A stretch of 57,305 bases of DNA from a virus (taxonomy: Duplodnaviria > Caudoviricetes), in IMG/VR virus record IMGVR_UViG_3300021963_000150, positions 1 to 57,305 of that record. One strand, given 5' to 3'. This document shows, one piece after another, positions 43,781 through 54,108 of the stretch. The notes beneath the pieces are model-generated. The model saw only the letters and a list, made by a program, of their open reading frames with translations. It did not search any database and had not been told where the DNA came from. Every line of letters begins with the position of its first letter. The first letter of the stretch is position 1. Position numbers and translations under genes: made by a program.

Positions 43781-44476
43781 TCATTCCACCCCAACGGGTA
43801 GGAAACCACCCGAACGCAGGAGGCGGTACACCGTGTCCTCGCAAAATTCCTTCATCTCCTGATTTATGTCCATGAGTTCTTCGTGTGCCTCCCACTTCAC
43901 ATCGTCATCGTCGGAGTTCCAGCGTTCCTCAATGTCCTTGCGTCGCTCGGCAAAGACTTCGGGCATCTCTCCGTCAGACATTCCGTGAGAGGCAATCTCC
44001 TTGCCTGCCTGAAACGCCTCGCAACCCCAAAATCCCATTCCTTCTTCGTCAAAGGAGTTGGTGATAAGGAGTGTCGGGAAGATTTCGCTGATTTTCCGCA
44101 ACAGACCCGTGGGGGGCGACCAAGCGGTGTCGTAGGACAGGGAAAGGACATCCCCGTCAATCTCCACCTCGGATTCCTCCAAGTCGGGTGACCACTTCGT
44201 TCCCCAGTTGGCGATGTTCCAGTCGTACCAGTCTTGGTGTCCGTACTTCGCCTTGTTCGCTTCGTACTTTTTCAGCAACTCCTGATGCTCAGGGTCGTCG
44301 CTGTCGGTACGGAAGAACACGGACGGAATTTGGAGTTCCGTTGGGGTCGGGAACAAGAGCGTCAGGTCGTGACGAACCTTGCCGTCCTCGTTGGTCGTTG
44401 TGATGGCTTCCACGAGTTTCGTCAGAGTCTCGTTGTCGCCGTGGAAAGTTGTTGAGTTGTAGCACCAGTTAGGCAT
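43781..44476 (-). CDS. DUF1281/YubB ferredoxin-like family protein
   Basis: MPNWC.N, WYDW...NWGTKW, TAWSPP. Confidence 0.8.
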   Translation of the reverse strand: MPNWCYNSTTFHGDNETLTKLVEAITTTNEDGKVRHDLTLLFPTPTELQIPSVFFRTDSDDPEHQELLKKYEANKAKYGHQDWYDWNIANWGTKWSPDLEESEVEIDGDVLSLSYDTAWSPPTGLLRKISEIFPTLLITNSFDEEGMGFWGCEAFQAGKEIASHGMSDGEMPEVFAERRKDIEERWNSDDDDVKWEAHEELMDINQEMKEFCEDTVYRLLRSGGFLPVGVE

Positions 44477-45828
44477 ACTTCTACTGTCCCCCAGTATCCG
44501 ATAAGGATTTGCGAATCACACGCTGGGGTGGGAGCGAACCCCCACCCCACAGAGCGTATGAATCAGACCTTCGCCTTGGGCTTCTTGGCGGTGGTCGCCT
44601 TCTTGGGGGCAGTCGCCTTCTTGGCTCGCTTCGTGGCTCGCTGTGCCTTCTCGGCAACACGGCTCTTGATGCCAGCCTCGGTCAGCACCATGAAGTAGAC
44701 GGTGAAAGTCTCGCCGTCCTTGTTCTGACGAACCGACACACGGAGGTCATTCCGCTTGGAGGCGATGGAGTAGTAGTACGAGATGTACTTCGCCTCACGG
44801 GTGTAGACCGCCCACTTGTCGGGGGTTTCGGACAGACGGGCGATGAAGGACTGAACAGCCCCGCCGTTGCGTCCACGAGTCGCAGGTGTCGGATTCTCAA
44901 ACACAATACGCTTATTCACTTGATTCCTCTTTCTTTCTTGGTGAGTAAAATGTCCAATTTGGACTTGACTTCCGAGAACTTTCGTTCTGCGTCGTTCTCC
45001 AGATGAAGTGCCTTTCGTTTGGCTACCTCATCCCTGAAAGACGGTGCGTCTACTACTTGCTCTCGGGACTTCCTCGCTTGTGACAGCGATGGCTGGATTC
45101 GGTCGGTGAACTTCACCCGTGAGGATGACACCCACTTCTTCCCCTCTCCGAACTTCGGCGTGATGCTGAAGTCCAGTCGCCCGTAAGCCAAACGGGCTGA
45201 GACTATGGTGACGGCGACATCTAGCCCATCTAGGCAGATAATCCCATCTTTGTTCTTGTATGCGTCCACATCCAAAGAGCCGTCCGATGTGCGGATGACC
45301 TCTGTTGCGTGTGTTGCGTCTTGTTCGTTATTCATGTGTATCCAATGCGTGATGTAAGCGGAAATTACTTCATCCGACAACCTAGTGTGACGAGAGTCAC
45401 AGACTAGGGTCGGCTGTGGGGCATGAGTCAAACCACTCCTGCCATGTACGTCCTGTGGTTCGCACGAGTTCCCCATCGGTGTAGAAGTCCATCAGTAGCC
45501 CCTCGTTTGTGAGGTGGACGATACAGACATTCTGCTTGAGGTCGTACTTGTCGTCAATGACCGTAACAACGATGTCCAATGGTTCGCTGATACCGCAGTC
45601 AAAGTCAATCGGCTTCACTCATGGCTCCTGTCGTGATGATGTCGGTGAGTCGTTGCGTCATCTCCCTGATGTCCTCTAAGAGCGTCGTCGCAAACAGCGT
45701 GATGTCCTCGTCAGGGCTTCCGTCCGTCCATTCGTTTATGGCATCTACGAATAGGTTGTGGAAGGCTCGGTATGTATTCCATCCCCAAGCGTCGGGGTCG
45801 GGGAGCAGTGCGTAGAGTTCCGTGCGGT

Positions 45829-46086
45829 TCATGCGTCCTCCGTCTGTGCGTCAAACGCCCCCCGTTGGACGAGGCTCTGAATGGCTCGTGCCTCGGTGCG
45901 ACGGACGCTTTCACGGGTTTCCCCGTTGCCAAGAATCTCGGCGACCTCACTGAGGGTTCGTGCGATGAATCCGTTGTCCACTCCGTATCGGAGCGTGAGA
46001 ACCTGTCGCTCGTGCGTGTCCAGCATCTCCAAAATCTGAATGCGACGCTCCCGTGGGTACGAGGCGAGGTTGATGTTGTAACTCAC
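45829..46086 (-). CDS. stand-alone primary sigma-70 region-4-like protein
   Basis: L...ERQVL.LRYG......RTL.EVA..L...TRESVR..EARA. Confidence 0.8.
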   Translation of the reverse strand: MSYNINLASYPRERRIQILEMLDTHERQVLTLRYGVDNGFIARTLSEVAEILGNGETRESVRRTEARAIQSLVQRGAFDAQTEDA

Positions 46087-47897
46087 TTATCCTCCTCAAA
46101 GGTGTCAAAGCCTTCTAGGGCTTCCAACATCTCTTGATGGTTCGTGGTCATTTGGGCAATACGCAAGAGCAACGCCTTGATGACGAGCATTGGCTCGTTC
46201 CTGAGGCAATCGTCGGCATCCTCATACTCGGAGCCAGCCACAGCGACACCCAGCGAGTAAGCGTGGTTGTAGGTGGTCATCAGTCCCCCTCAAAGTATTC
46301 AGGGTAATGACCCTCAATGACGAACTCGGGGTTCGCCGATTCCGCAACTCGGTAGTAGAGCGACCCATCAGGCTCACGAATGAACTCAATCGCAAAGATT
46401 TCATCGTCAGCAACACAGATGGACATTAGGTACGGGCTGTCCTTGCGACAGTCGTCCTTGTGAACGATGACAATCGCATCATTCCCTCGGTGTATTTCGG
46501 TCATCAGAGGCTCACCATCATGTCGTCGGGCTTGTGTCCAATCGCACGGAGAACGAGGCTTCCCAAAGGGACGCTATGTCCACCGAACTCCCTGTCCAGC
46601 ACATCGGCGTGATACAGGGCAACGCCCGTGGGCATAATCGCTTCGGAGAAAGCCACAGCGTCCTCCAGTGTCTCAAAGTTCATCGTCAGGGTGTACTTCT
46701 TCGGTTTCATACTGTCTCCTCAATGTTCTCGCCGTAGTTGGCGATTCCGTGCTTGCTTTCGTCGTAACACTCGGTGTGGTAGTTGCCGTAGTGGTAGTTG
46801 CCGTCCTCGTCCTCAAACTCCACTCGGGTTTCGTGGTCAAGGTAAATCTGCTTCTCGCACTCGTCGCACTCAAAGCCCGAACACTCGGCACAGCCCCAGC
46901 CGTCATCCACGGGGATGCGGTTGATGAACTTGCCGATGAGTGAGCCGTCCGCACGGGTCGCACCGAACTCGGTGGACTCTCCGCAATAGACGCAGTTGTA
47001 GTTCGTAGTCATAAGGCTTCTGTCGCCAATCGTGCCGTAAGGATTTCGGCATCACGGACACACCACCCGTGGGCGTACCCGTCGGCATAGCGTGTCGGGC
47101 GAGAACCGTCGCCCTTGCCACGCATCGGCTCACCGCACTCACCACACGACTCGTCGTAGTGCCACTCGGCAGGCTCCTGAATGAAGCCGATGGTGACGAA
47201 CTCGCCATACGCCGTACGACCGTCAATGGTCATCGGGTAGGCGGTCACACGGGTTGGCTGGTCGTATTGCCCGCTCCCAAGTTCGTAGGAGTCCCAGATG
47301 TTCACATCCCAGTCGTCGTTGTACGCACCCCACCAGTCGCCCCCGTATTCGGATTTGGGCATGGTGTCCAGTTGTTGTTGCGCCCAAGCGAGAATCGCCT
47401 GCTTCATCTGTTCGTTCATGCTCCCTCTGTCTCCTTGTAGGTCGTAAGGATTTGCTGACGGATGCGACGCACCAGTTCTGATGCCTGCGAGCCACGACCG
47501 TTGTAGTCGTTGTTGGAGTCAATGCCCAACGCACCGCAGAGCCAGTAGAGGAACGACAGGTTGTAGACACCCTCCATCTTGTCCACGGGGTTGCCGTTGG
47601 CATCAAAGATGGTGGACTTCGGGTTGGAATAGTCGGATTCCAGCGTCTGAATGAGTCGTGCCTTGCGGAGTTCATCCTCGGTGAAGTGGGGGGCGTAGAA
47701 CTCGGGAAGGAAGATGGTATGCCCGTCGCCGATGACTTTGCCGTCAGCGAGGGCGTTGCTTGTGCGTTGTAGTAAGTCGGTCATACTCCCTCTGTCCCCC
47801 GACACGGGATAAGGATTTATGGGTCGTGAACAGCGGAAAAGCCCCGCGATGAGGGCTGGGAAATCCTTACGGTGGTCATTGGGGCAGTGTGATTCTA

Positions 47898-48385
47898 TGA
47901 TGACCGACATGACCCAACCATTGACTGAGCAAGAGGCGGTACGCCGTTACAAGGAGGGCGTTGCCCTGTTGGAGAAGGAGTACGGGAGCGTATTCCGTGC
48001 GCCCTCCGAGGAAGTCCGTGAGAACTCCGAGCGCATGAGGGCGTTCTACGTCATTCAGAAGTACGGCGGTTCCATCACTCGCCAAGTGCTGTCCCAATAC
48101 ATGATTCCCCCCTCCATTGCCGAGGCTGTTCTTGCCGAGTGTGGGGGCGATGGGGTGACGACCGTTGAGCCGAAAGTGAGCCGTGCCGACCAATACAAGG
48201 CGTTTGAGCAGTGGGCGAGCGACCACGACTCCGAGCAGTTCACGACCGACCAGTTAGTTGAGCAGTCGGGATTCTCGTACCCCACCGTTCTCAAGTTCAT
48301 TGAGGGCAGTCCGTACTTCCGCAAGGTAAAGAAGGGCTTGTACGAGTGTCGTAACGACCGCCTGCGTCGGGAGCAAGCCGAATAA
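47898..48385 (+). CDS. hypothetical protein (possible C-terminal winged helix)
   Basis: follows variant motif at 47861; FTTDQLVEQSGFSYPTV. Confidence 0.6.
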
Positions 48386-48437
48386 CCCCTGCGTGAGGGT
48401 CGCAAATCCTTACGGCGAGGGTTGCGACAGTAGGGGT

Positions 48438-49178
48438 ATGACCATCACAACCGACATCACCAAACTTCCCCCCTGCTGGCAGAAAGTCGCTAAGGCTCTC
48501 AACGCTGGCATTGACCGCATCATTCTGTTCGGACCTTCCGGCACTGGCAAGACCTACGCCGGACTGTCCTACGGCTTCACCCGTGGAGGCGCACACCGCC
48601 TCGTTTGTACGGAGGACATGACTAACGCCGATGTGTGCGGTGCGTTCATGCCCGACCGAAGTGGCTCGTTCTCGTGGGTCGCTGGTTCTGCGCTCAAGGC
48701 GTGGGACGGCGACGGCATCGTGGGCGGTCGCCTCGTTGCCGACGAAGTGGACAAGGCTGGGGGCGATGTTCTCGCTACCCTGCTCGCCTTCATGGACTCT
48801 CCTGAGTCTGCGTCGTGGGAGAACCCCGAAACGGGTCGTGTCCACCGCCCTCGTGAGGGCTTTTCGGTCGTAATGACGACCAACATTGAGAACATGAGGG
48901 AGTTGCCCACGGCACTCACCGACCGTTTCCCTGTTCGGATTCGCATTGACCAACCGCATCCCGACGCTCTCGCTCGCCTCTCACAAGACTTGCGTGGGAT
49001 TGCCGTGCGTCTTGCCGACGCTGGGCGTGAGCGACTGTCGCTCCGTGCGTTCTACGCCTTTGACAAGTTGCGCTCGTCGCTCCCCATTGAGGAAGCCGCC
49101 GACATTGTGTTCGGTGACCGTGCGACGGCGATACTGGAAGCGATGCGTATTGACTCGTTGTCGGGGAGTTCGCTGTGA
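48438..49178 (+). CDS. MoxR/CobS-like AAA+ ATPase
   Basis: GPSGTGKT, VADEVD, TTN, AL.DRF; motif-defined start. Confidence 0.9.
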   Translation: MTITTDITKLPPCWQKVAKALNAGIDRIILFGPSGTGKTYAGLSYGFTRGGAHRLVCTEDMTNADVCGAFMPDRSGSFSWVAGSALKAWDGDGIVGGRLVADEVDKAGGDVLATLLAFMDSPESASWENPETGRVHRPREGFSVVMTTNIENMRELPTALTDRFPVRIRIDQPHPDALARLSQDLRGIAVRLADAGRERLSLRAFYAFDKLRSSLPIEEAADIVFGDRATAILEAMRIDSLSGSSL

Positions 49179-50674
49179 CCGACACGATGACTACGGGCAT
49201 TCGCCCCTTGCCCGAGGCGTTGGGGCGTGGAGACATTGCCCCTCGCACGGGCGAATGGCGAGTGAATGAGTGCGCCCCTGTCCGTGGAGTACCCGTGACC
49301 TCTGTTGAGGACAGGTTCATGCGTGTCCCTATGGGCAACGACGAACTCTCCGAGATTGTGCGTGTTCACGAACTTGTCCATGCCAAGGTGTCGCCAAGAG
49401 ACTTGCGACCGTGGGTTGCTCGTGGCATTGCGAGCGATGATGCCATGCGAGCAGTAGAGGAGATGCGAGTGAACTACCTCGCCTCCACGCTGGGGTACGA
49501 CATGAACCTCATCGTAGACGGTTCGGAAACCCAGTCGGGCGAACAACTTGCCAAGATGGGCGAATGGCGTGGACTCGTGATGATGACTATGGCACTCGCT
49601 GGAACGGGTGGACTCAAGAAGTTTCTCACGGGCGTTCGCCGTCATAACCGAGTGTGGGGCAATGTTCTGAACGACATCGCTAAGAAGGCGATGAAGGAGA
49701 TGAAGCGTACGGGTAAGGAGAGACTCGCCTCCACCGATGTCGGGCTGAACGGACTCCCCATCGGGTTCTGTACGACCGAACGCATTGCGGAGTGGGCAGA
49801 CCGTATGGCTGGCGAAGCACCTGACGACAAGTCGTCTGACGACAAGGGCGATGCTGGCGGTGACGACAAGGGCGATGCTGGCAGTGACGACACGGACAAG
49901 GGCGAGATGTCTCCCAAGAAGCGTGGGCGACCGAAGTTGGGCGATGTTGATACTGGCGAAGCCTCCAAGAAGGTTCGTGACTCTGCCATTCTCCCTGACG
50001 CACCTCCATCGTGGATGTCGCTGAAAGTAGAACGCCTACCACTCCCCGAAGTGTTGGGTGGAGCCATCGGCAAGAAGCGTGTTGCCTCACAAGTGGGCAA
50101 GAACCCTCGTCGCCTTCATCGTTTGCTCACCGACCCTCAGAAGCGTGTGTTTGACCGAGTGGTACGGGGTAAGGGTGGAGTCGTCGTCATTGACGCTAGT
50201 GGCTCTATGTCTCTCTCACGGGAGCAAATTCGTGAAGTGGTCTTGTCTGCCCCAGGGTGTACGGTTCTCACCTACACTTGCTTTGAGTGGGAGAAAGATG
50301 AGAACGGCGAGGCTATTCGCCCTAATGCGTGGGTGCTTGCCAACAAGGGGCGTATCTGCGATGAGATGCCATTCAGTAGTGGCAGTGGCAATGGAGTAGA
50401 CCTTCCTGCGTTGGAGTGGGCTGTGGCTCATCGCCAGCGTTCGTCTACTCCTATCGTGTGGGTGAGCGACATGGGTGTATCGGGTATGTATGACCGTTTC
50501 CACGATGCCCTCACTCTCAAGTGTGTGGAGTATTGCGAACGGCACAACATTGTCGTCGTACCTGACACTAAGACGGCGAGTATGTACCTCACGGCATTGG
50601 CGAATGGGGAACGAATGAAGGTTCGGAAACCGAGTCGCTGGAAAGATGTGGAGAGTAAGTACCTCTCCAAGTAA
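49175..50674 (+). CDS. VWA-domain (CobT-like) partner of the AAA ATPase
   Basis: HELVH metallopeptidase-like motif, acidic linker, MIDAS DASGS, WVSD. Confidence 0.85.
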   Translation: MTDTMTTGIRPLPEALGRGDIAPRTGEWRVNECAPVRGVPVTSVEDRFMRVPMGNDELSEIVRVHELVHAKVSPRDLRPWVARGIASDDAMRAVEEMRVNYLASTLGYDMNLIVDGSETQSGEQLAKMGEWRGLVMMTMALAGTGGLKKFLTGVRRHNRVWGNVLNDIAKKAMKEMKRTGKERLASTDVGLNGLPIGFCTTERIAEWADRMAGEAPDDKSSDDKGDAGGDDKGDAGSDDTDKGEMSPKKRGRPKLGDVDTGEASKKVRDSAILPDAPPSWMSLKVERLPLPEVLGGAIGKKRVASQVGKNPRRLHRLLTDPQKRVFDRVVRGKGGVVVIDASGSMSLSREQIREVVLSAPGCTVLTYTCFEWEKDENGEAIRPNAWVLANKGRICDEMPFSSGSGNGVDLPALEWAVAHRQRSSTPIVWVSDMGVSGMYDRFHDALTLKCVEYCERHNIVVVPDTKTASMYLTALANGERMKVRKPSRWKDVESKYLSK

Positions 50675-50798
50675 GTCTGACGACTACTCACAAGTGGTGT
50701 TGGTCATTCAGTAGTGAGTGGTCGTCACCTAAGGGGAGTGGTGTACCTGATGAGGGTATGCCACTCCCTCTCTCTATGTATGGGGTAAAGCGAGGGGG

Positions 50799-51126
50799 CG
50801 AGTGAGAGATGAGAGTGATGAGTGAGTAGGTGAGTGAGTAGGTGAGTGAGAGATGAGAGTAGGTGAGTAGGTGAGTGAGTAGGTGAGTAGGTGAGTGAGT
50901 AGGTGATGGGTGAGTAGGTGAGTGAGTAGGTGAGTGAGAGATGAGTAGGTAAGTGAGTAGGTGAGTGATGAGAGTGATGAGTAAGTGAGTAGGTGAGTGA
51001 GTAGGTGATGGGTGAGAGTGATGAGTAAGTGAGTAGGTGAGTGAGTAGGTGATGGGTGAGTGAGTAAGTGATGATTGTTTGTATGCGTCTATGTATGCGT
51101 CTATGTATGCGTCTATGTATGCGTAT
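50799..51126. repeat. GTGA/GTAG microsatellite-like tract plus (ATGTATGCGTCT)x3
   Basis: ~270 bp with essentially no C on the + strand. Confidence 0.9.
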
Positions 51127-51557
51127 GACGATAATGGGATAGTGGTATGTGTGTAGTACCCGTAAGCAACCCGTGGCACTTGTGCGACGACTATGTAGTG
51201 AGTGAGAGATGAGTACGGGGTGGGGTAGGTATGTAGGTGGGGTATGTAGGCAAGTAGGGAGAGGGGTATGTATGTAGTACCCGTAAGATACCCGTGAGGC
51301 TTGCGACTAAAGCAACAACGACGACGACTCTCATTACCTACCTCAACGACGTGACTAAGAGTGATTGCTCACACGATAAAGATGTGACTCATTACGAGTT
51401 CGGGTAGACGGCAATCGTGTTGGCGAGACAATGAGACACAATGTGTCCACTTGTATCACTATGTATGACTGTGTAATACAAGCGTCACTGTAAGTATGTA
51501 TGTGGTTATGTATGCGTAAACATACGGAACAATGTATGACCATACGGCATACGCAGT

Positions 51558-51849
51558 TGTGGATAACTTGTGAATAACTTGTGGACAACTTGTGAATAAC
51601 GAAGTGTAATAACTACTATTACTGTAGAACAATAGTTCAGGTTGTGGATAACTTTTATCTAACGAAGATAGACAAGGTGTTATCAACAGATTTATCAACA
51701 GGTTGTGGATAACTTATCAACAGGTTTATTCACAGATTGTGGATAAAGTAACAAGTTATCAACAGAATGAAAGCGGTTATCCACAAGTCCATAGGTGATT
51801 TCGGCAGTCCCGAGTATTGATTATCAACTTATCAACAGGGTTATCCACA
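51558..51849. promoter_or_regulatory. DnaA-box cluster (oriC-like origin or DnaA-binding locus)
   Basis: perfect TTATCCACA/TGTGGATAA at 51558,51643,51704,51738,51777,51841 plus ~9 one-mismatch boxes; AT-rich and intergenic. Confidence 0.85.
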
Positions 51850-51850
51850 T

Positions 51851-51911
51851 CGAACGAATGTTTTCCGAACAGATGTTCGGTGCGAACAGGTGTACGACGA
51901 ACAAATGTTCG
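51851..51911. promoter_or_regulatory. tandem LexA (Gram-positive/actinobacterial SOS) boxes
   Basis: CGAAC-N4-GTTCG at 51866 and 51898; near-matches at 51851 and 51883. Confidence 0.75.
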
Positions 51912-52107
51912 CCTCACCGACCCCGTAAGAGAAACAGCGGGACTTTTTCGCGAAAGACTTTCGAGGGGGGCAGCCCTGTACACAATTTTGAGGTCAGCCT
52001 CATCTCAGTTAGATTTATCTAAACCGTGTTCAGGATGACTCAAGGCATAACGGTGGCGGAAAGGGCCCCTGATGTTGTTCGTCCCCTGGGGGATGCGGCG
52101 AATGTGG

Positions 52108-53193
52108 CTACATTTCCACTGCCGATGTGGCTACATTCCCTCTAGCCCACTCCAGGCGCTTGTTGATTATCTCTAGGTACTCCCCAGTCATCTCTATCCC
52201 GATGCTGTTGAACCCCTCTAGGGTTGCTGCCACTAATGTGGAGCCGGAGCCAGCGAACGGGTCCAAGATAGTCCCGGCCGTCGGCGTTATCAGTTTGCAG
52301 AGATAACGCATTAAGGCTAAGGGCTTGACCGTTGGATGATTGTTGCCGTCTTTGACGTCCATTCCGGCATTTCTTTCTGACTTGGACGCTTTTGCGCAGT
52401 AGAAATATGGCGTCCAGTCCGCCTCGATGGAATCATCGATGATGACGTTGGCGGGCCATCGCCCCACGGTGGAGGAAAGCAACTCGGCTTTTTGCTCCGA
52501 ATCGGTTTTCCAGATGCCGCCTCGCGGGGATGCCCACTTACCCTGGCCGCCCTCCCCTACCCGGGTGGCATCAATATTGAGAGCCCCGGTTCCGTGTGTC
52601 AGGACATTGTTGGCGTTCGAGCCCTCGAAGGGCTTGCGGGCGAGCACAATTGGCTCGTGGGCCGGTTTTAAAGCCGTTCCCCAGCCTTCCCACTGTTTTG
52701 CTTCTTTCGTTGAAGGAGCGGTGATTGGCACGCTAATGGCGGCAACTCCGACGCTGTTTGTGTTTGACGCGTACGTGCCGCCCTTTTCTTTGGTGGATTG
52801 GGCCGCATTGCCGCCGAGTTTCTTTTCGCCGATGACTTCGCGCGTCGCTCCGGCCGCCTTGTCGATGGCTTTTGAAATATCGTGCGATTTTGGAAAGCCG
52901 CTGCCGTAAATCCAGTGCAGGGAGTCTCGGGTTTCAAAACCGGCGTCTTCGATGGCGCATGCCATCCGGTGGTAGGTCCTGGTGCCCCCGAAGGCTACAA
53001 GATGTCCGCCGGGCTTGAGTACGCGTAAACAGTGGGCCCAAATGGTGACGTTGTACGCGATTCCTGAAGAATCCCACTTTTTGCCCATAAAACCTAATTC
53101 ATACGGCGGGTCGGTGACGATGGCGTCGATGCTGCAGTCGGCGAGGTACGGGAGTTCGTTCAGGCTATTTCCATGGATGATTTGCGTGTTCAT
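52108..53193 (-). CDS. N6-adenine/N4-cytosine DNA methyltransferase (beta class)
   Basis: VTDPPY, HPTVKP, LDPFAGSGST. Confidence 0.92.
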   Translation of the reverse strand: MNTQIIHGNSLNELPYLADCSIDAIVTDPPYELGFMGKKWDSSGIAYNVTIWAHCLRVLKPGGHLVAFGGTRTYHRMACAIEDAGFETRDSLHWIYGSGFPKSHDISKAIDKAAGATREVIGEKKLGGNAAQSTKEKGGTYASNTNSVGVAAISVPITAPSTKEAKQWEGWGTALKPAHEPIVLARKPFEGSNANNVLTHGTGALNIDATRVGEGGQGKWASPRGGIWKTDSEQKAELLSSTVGRWPANVIIDDSIEADWTPYFYCAKASKSERNAGMDVKDGNNHPTVKPLALMRYLCKLITPTAGTILDPFAGSGSTLVAATLEGFNSIGIEMTGEYLEIINKRLEWARGNVATSAVEM

Positions 53194-53439
53194 GATGCAA
53201 AAGACATTAGTTCACGTCTACGTGGCGGCCGTGCACTCGATGGAATTCCTTGACCGGTCTCGAGGGCTGCCGGGCGGGTTTTTTATTTATTTGATGTTTT
53301 TCCCAGGGGCCCTTCAGCCAGGGGCTCAAAATATATAACTCGCGATTTGGTGACTGGATAAATTTAACCAAACGTGATGGGGGTATGCGCTACGTATGAC
53401 GGTGGCGGAAGAGCCTGGCGGCCGGAGCCTGAAGGTGAT

Positions 53440-53664
53440 TTATTCGCTTTTTGCGAAATTTGACGTGAGGGCCGTGAGCCACATGCGCGTGAACAGCCAA
53501 ACGAAGGACAGTCCGGCGGCCTCAAGCCAGGAGATATCCAGTCCGGCCGCTGACGACGTCAACCAAATCGCGAACTGCAGCAGCAGCAGCGAAAGTGCCC
53601 ATAAAAAGATTAAAGCCATTGCGGCGCCCGGCGGCAGGTTCGAGTATTTGTTTTCAGGCGCCAT
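53440..53664 (-). CDS. small membrane protein
   Basis: two TM segments. Confidence 0.55.
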   Translation of the reverse strand: MAPENKYSNLPPGAAMALIFLWALSLLLLQFAIWLTSSAAGLDISWLEAAGLSFVWLFTRMWLTALTSNFAKSE

Positions 53665-54025
53665 TGCTTTTCACGATTTGATGCACGCGCTGCCGAGAAA
53701 TATTGAATTCATCGGAAATTTGCGTAATCGACAGGCCATCGCGGCGCATTTCCAGGATGCGGGCATTGCGCTCAGCCTTGCGGCGCGGGCCGCGCTTCAG
53801 AGGGCCCCAGGTCCATCCGGAGATTTTATTTAATTCCTCGAGATACGACGGCGCAATCTTGCCAGTCTTCTGGCGCTGCCGCATATAGGAGACCCAGGCA
53901 CCAAGTTGGATTTGTGAGCCGTTGAGAATCTCAATGTGCTTCGCCGGTACCCGGGGGTGACCTTCGCGTGCGGCGAATTGGGCGAGGGCATTGATGTACT
54001 GAGTGAAACGTGTTCCGTTGTCCAT
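53654..54025 (-). CDS. helicase-associated (HA) domain + HTH protein
   Basis: F..REGH.RVP..H......LG.WV..R......L..I.GW.W, then HTH with SRQRVHQI. Confidence 0.75.
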   Translation of the reverse strand: MDNGTRFTQYINALAQFAAREGHPRVPAKHIEILNGSQIQLGAWVSYMRQRQKTGKIAPSYLEELNKISGWTWGPLKRGPRRKAERNARILEMRRDGLSITQISDEFNISRQRVHQIVKSNGA

Positions 54026-54108
54026 GCCGTGAACCTTAATCGACGTAACCCCTTGCGTGGTGTAACTTTGATATGTGCTACCCCTCACGGTGGCGGAAAG
54101 CAGGCGCC

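Larger units (their letters stand above)
15363..47784 (-). other. accessory/early region of ~80 small, mostly acidic hypothetical genes in 1-5-gene cassettes
   Basis: densely packed minus-strand ORFs with 4-bp overlaps; cassette starts coincide with the promoter motif. Confidence 0.85.
15295..48440 (-). promoter_or_regulatory. ~45 dispersed copies of the 37-bp start-associated promoter motif AAATCC(T/A)TA(C/T)-N12-GACAG-N7-ATG
   Basis: minus copies begin (+ coords) at 15295,15534,17125,17972,18546,19318,19714,20659,21251,21742,22590,23071,23433,23958,24641,25115,26068,26846,27174,28067,28709,29475,29832,30199,31059,31321,31680,32388,33356,34342,36685,37691,38492,40283,41453,42266,43088,43402,44474,47010,47417,47782; plus copies at 15894,17178,48404 (variant at 47861). 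Confidence 0.9.

Noticed and set aside
15295-47818. Integron attC array
   Set aside because: The motif is not palindromic, lacks RYYYAAC/GTTRRRY cores, and no intI is in the window
49833-49905. GACGACAAGGGCGATGCTGGC repeats
   Set aside because: Ordinary coding linker repeat (DDKGDAG) in the VWA protein
50688-51179. 163-aa Thr/His/Leu/Ser ORF
   Set aside because: Translation of a simple-sequence repeat
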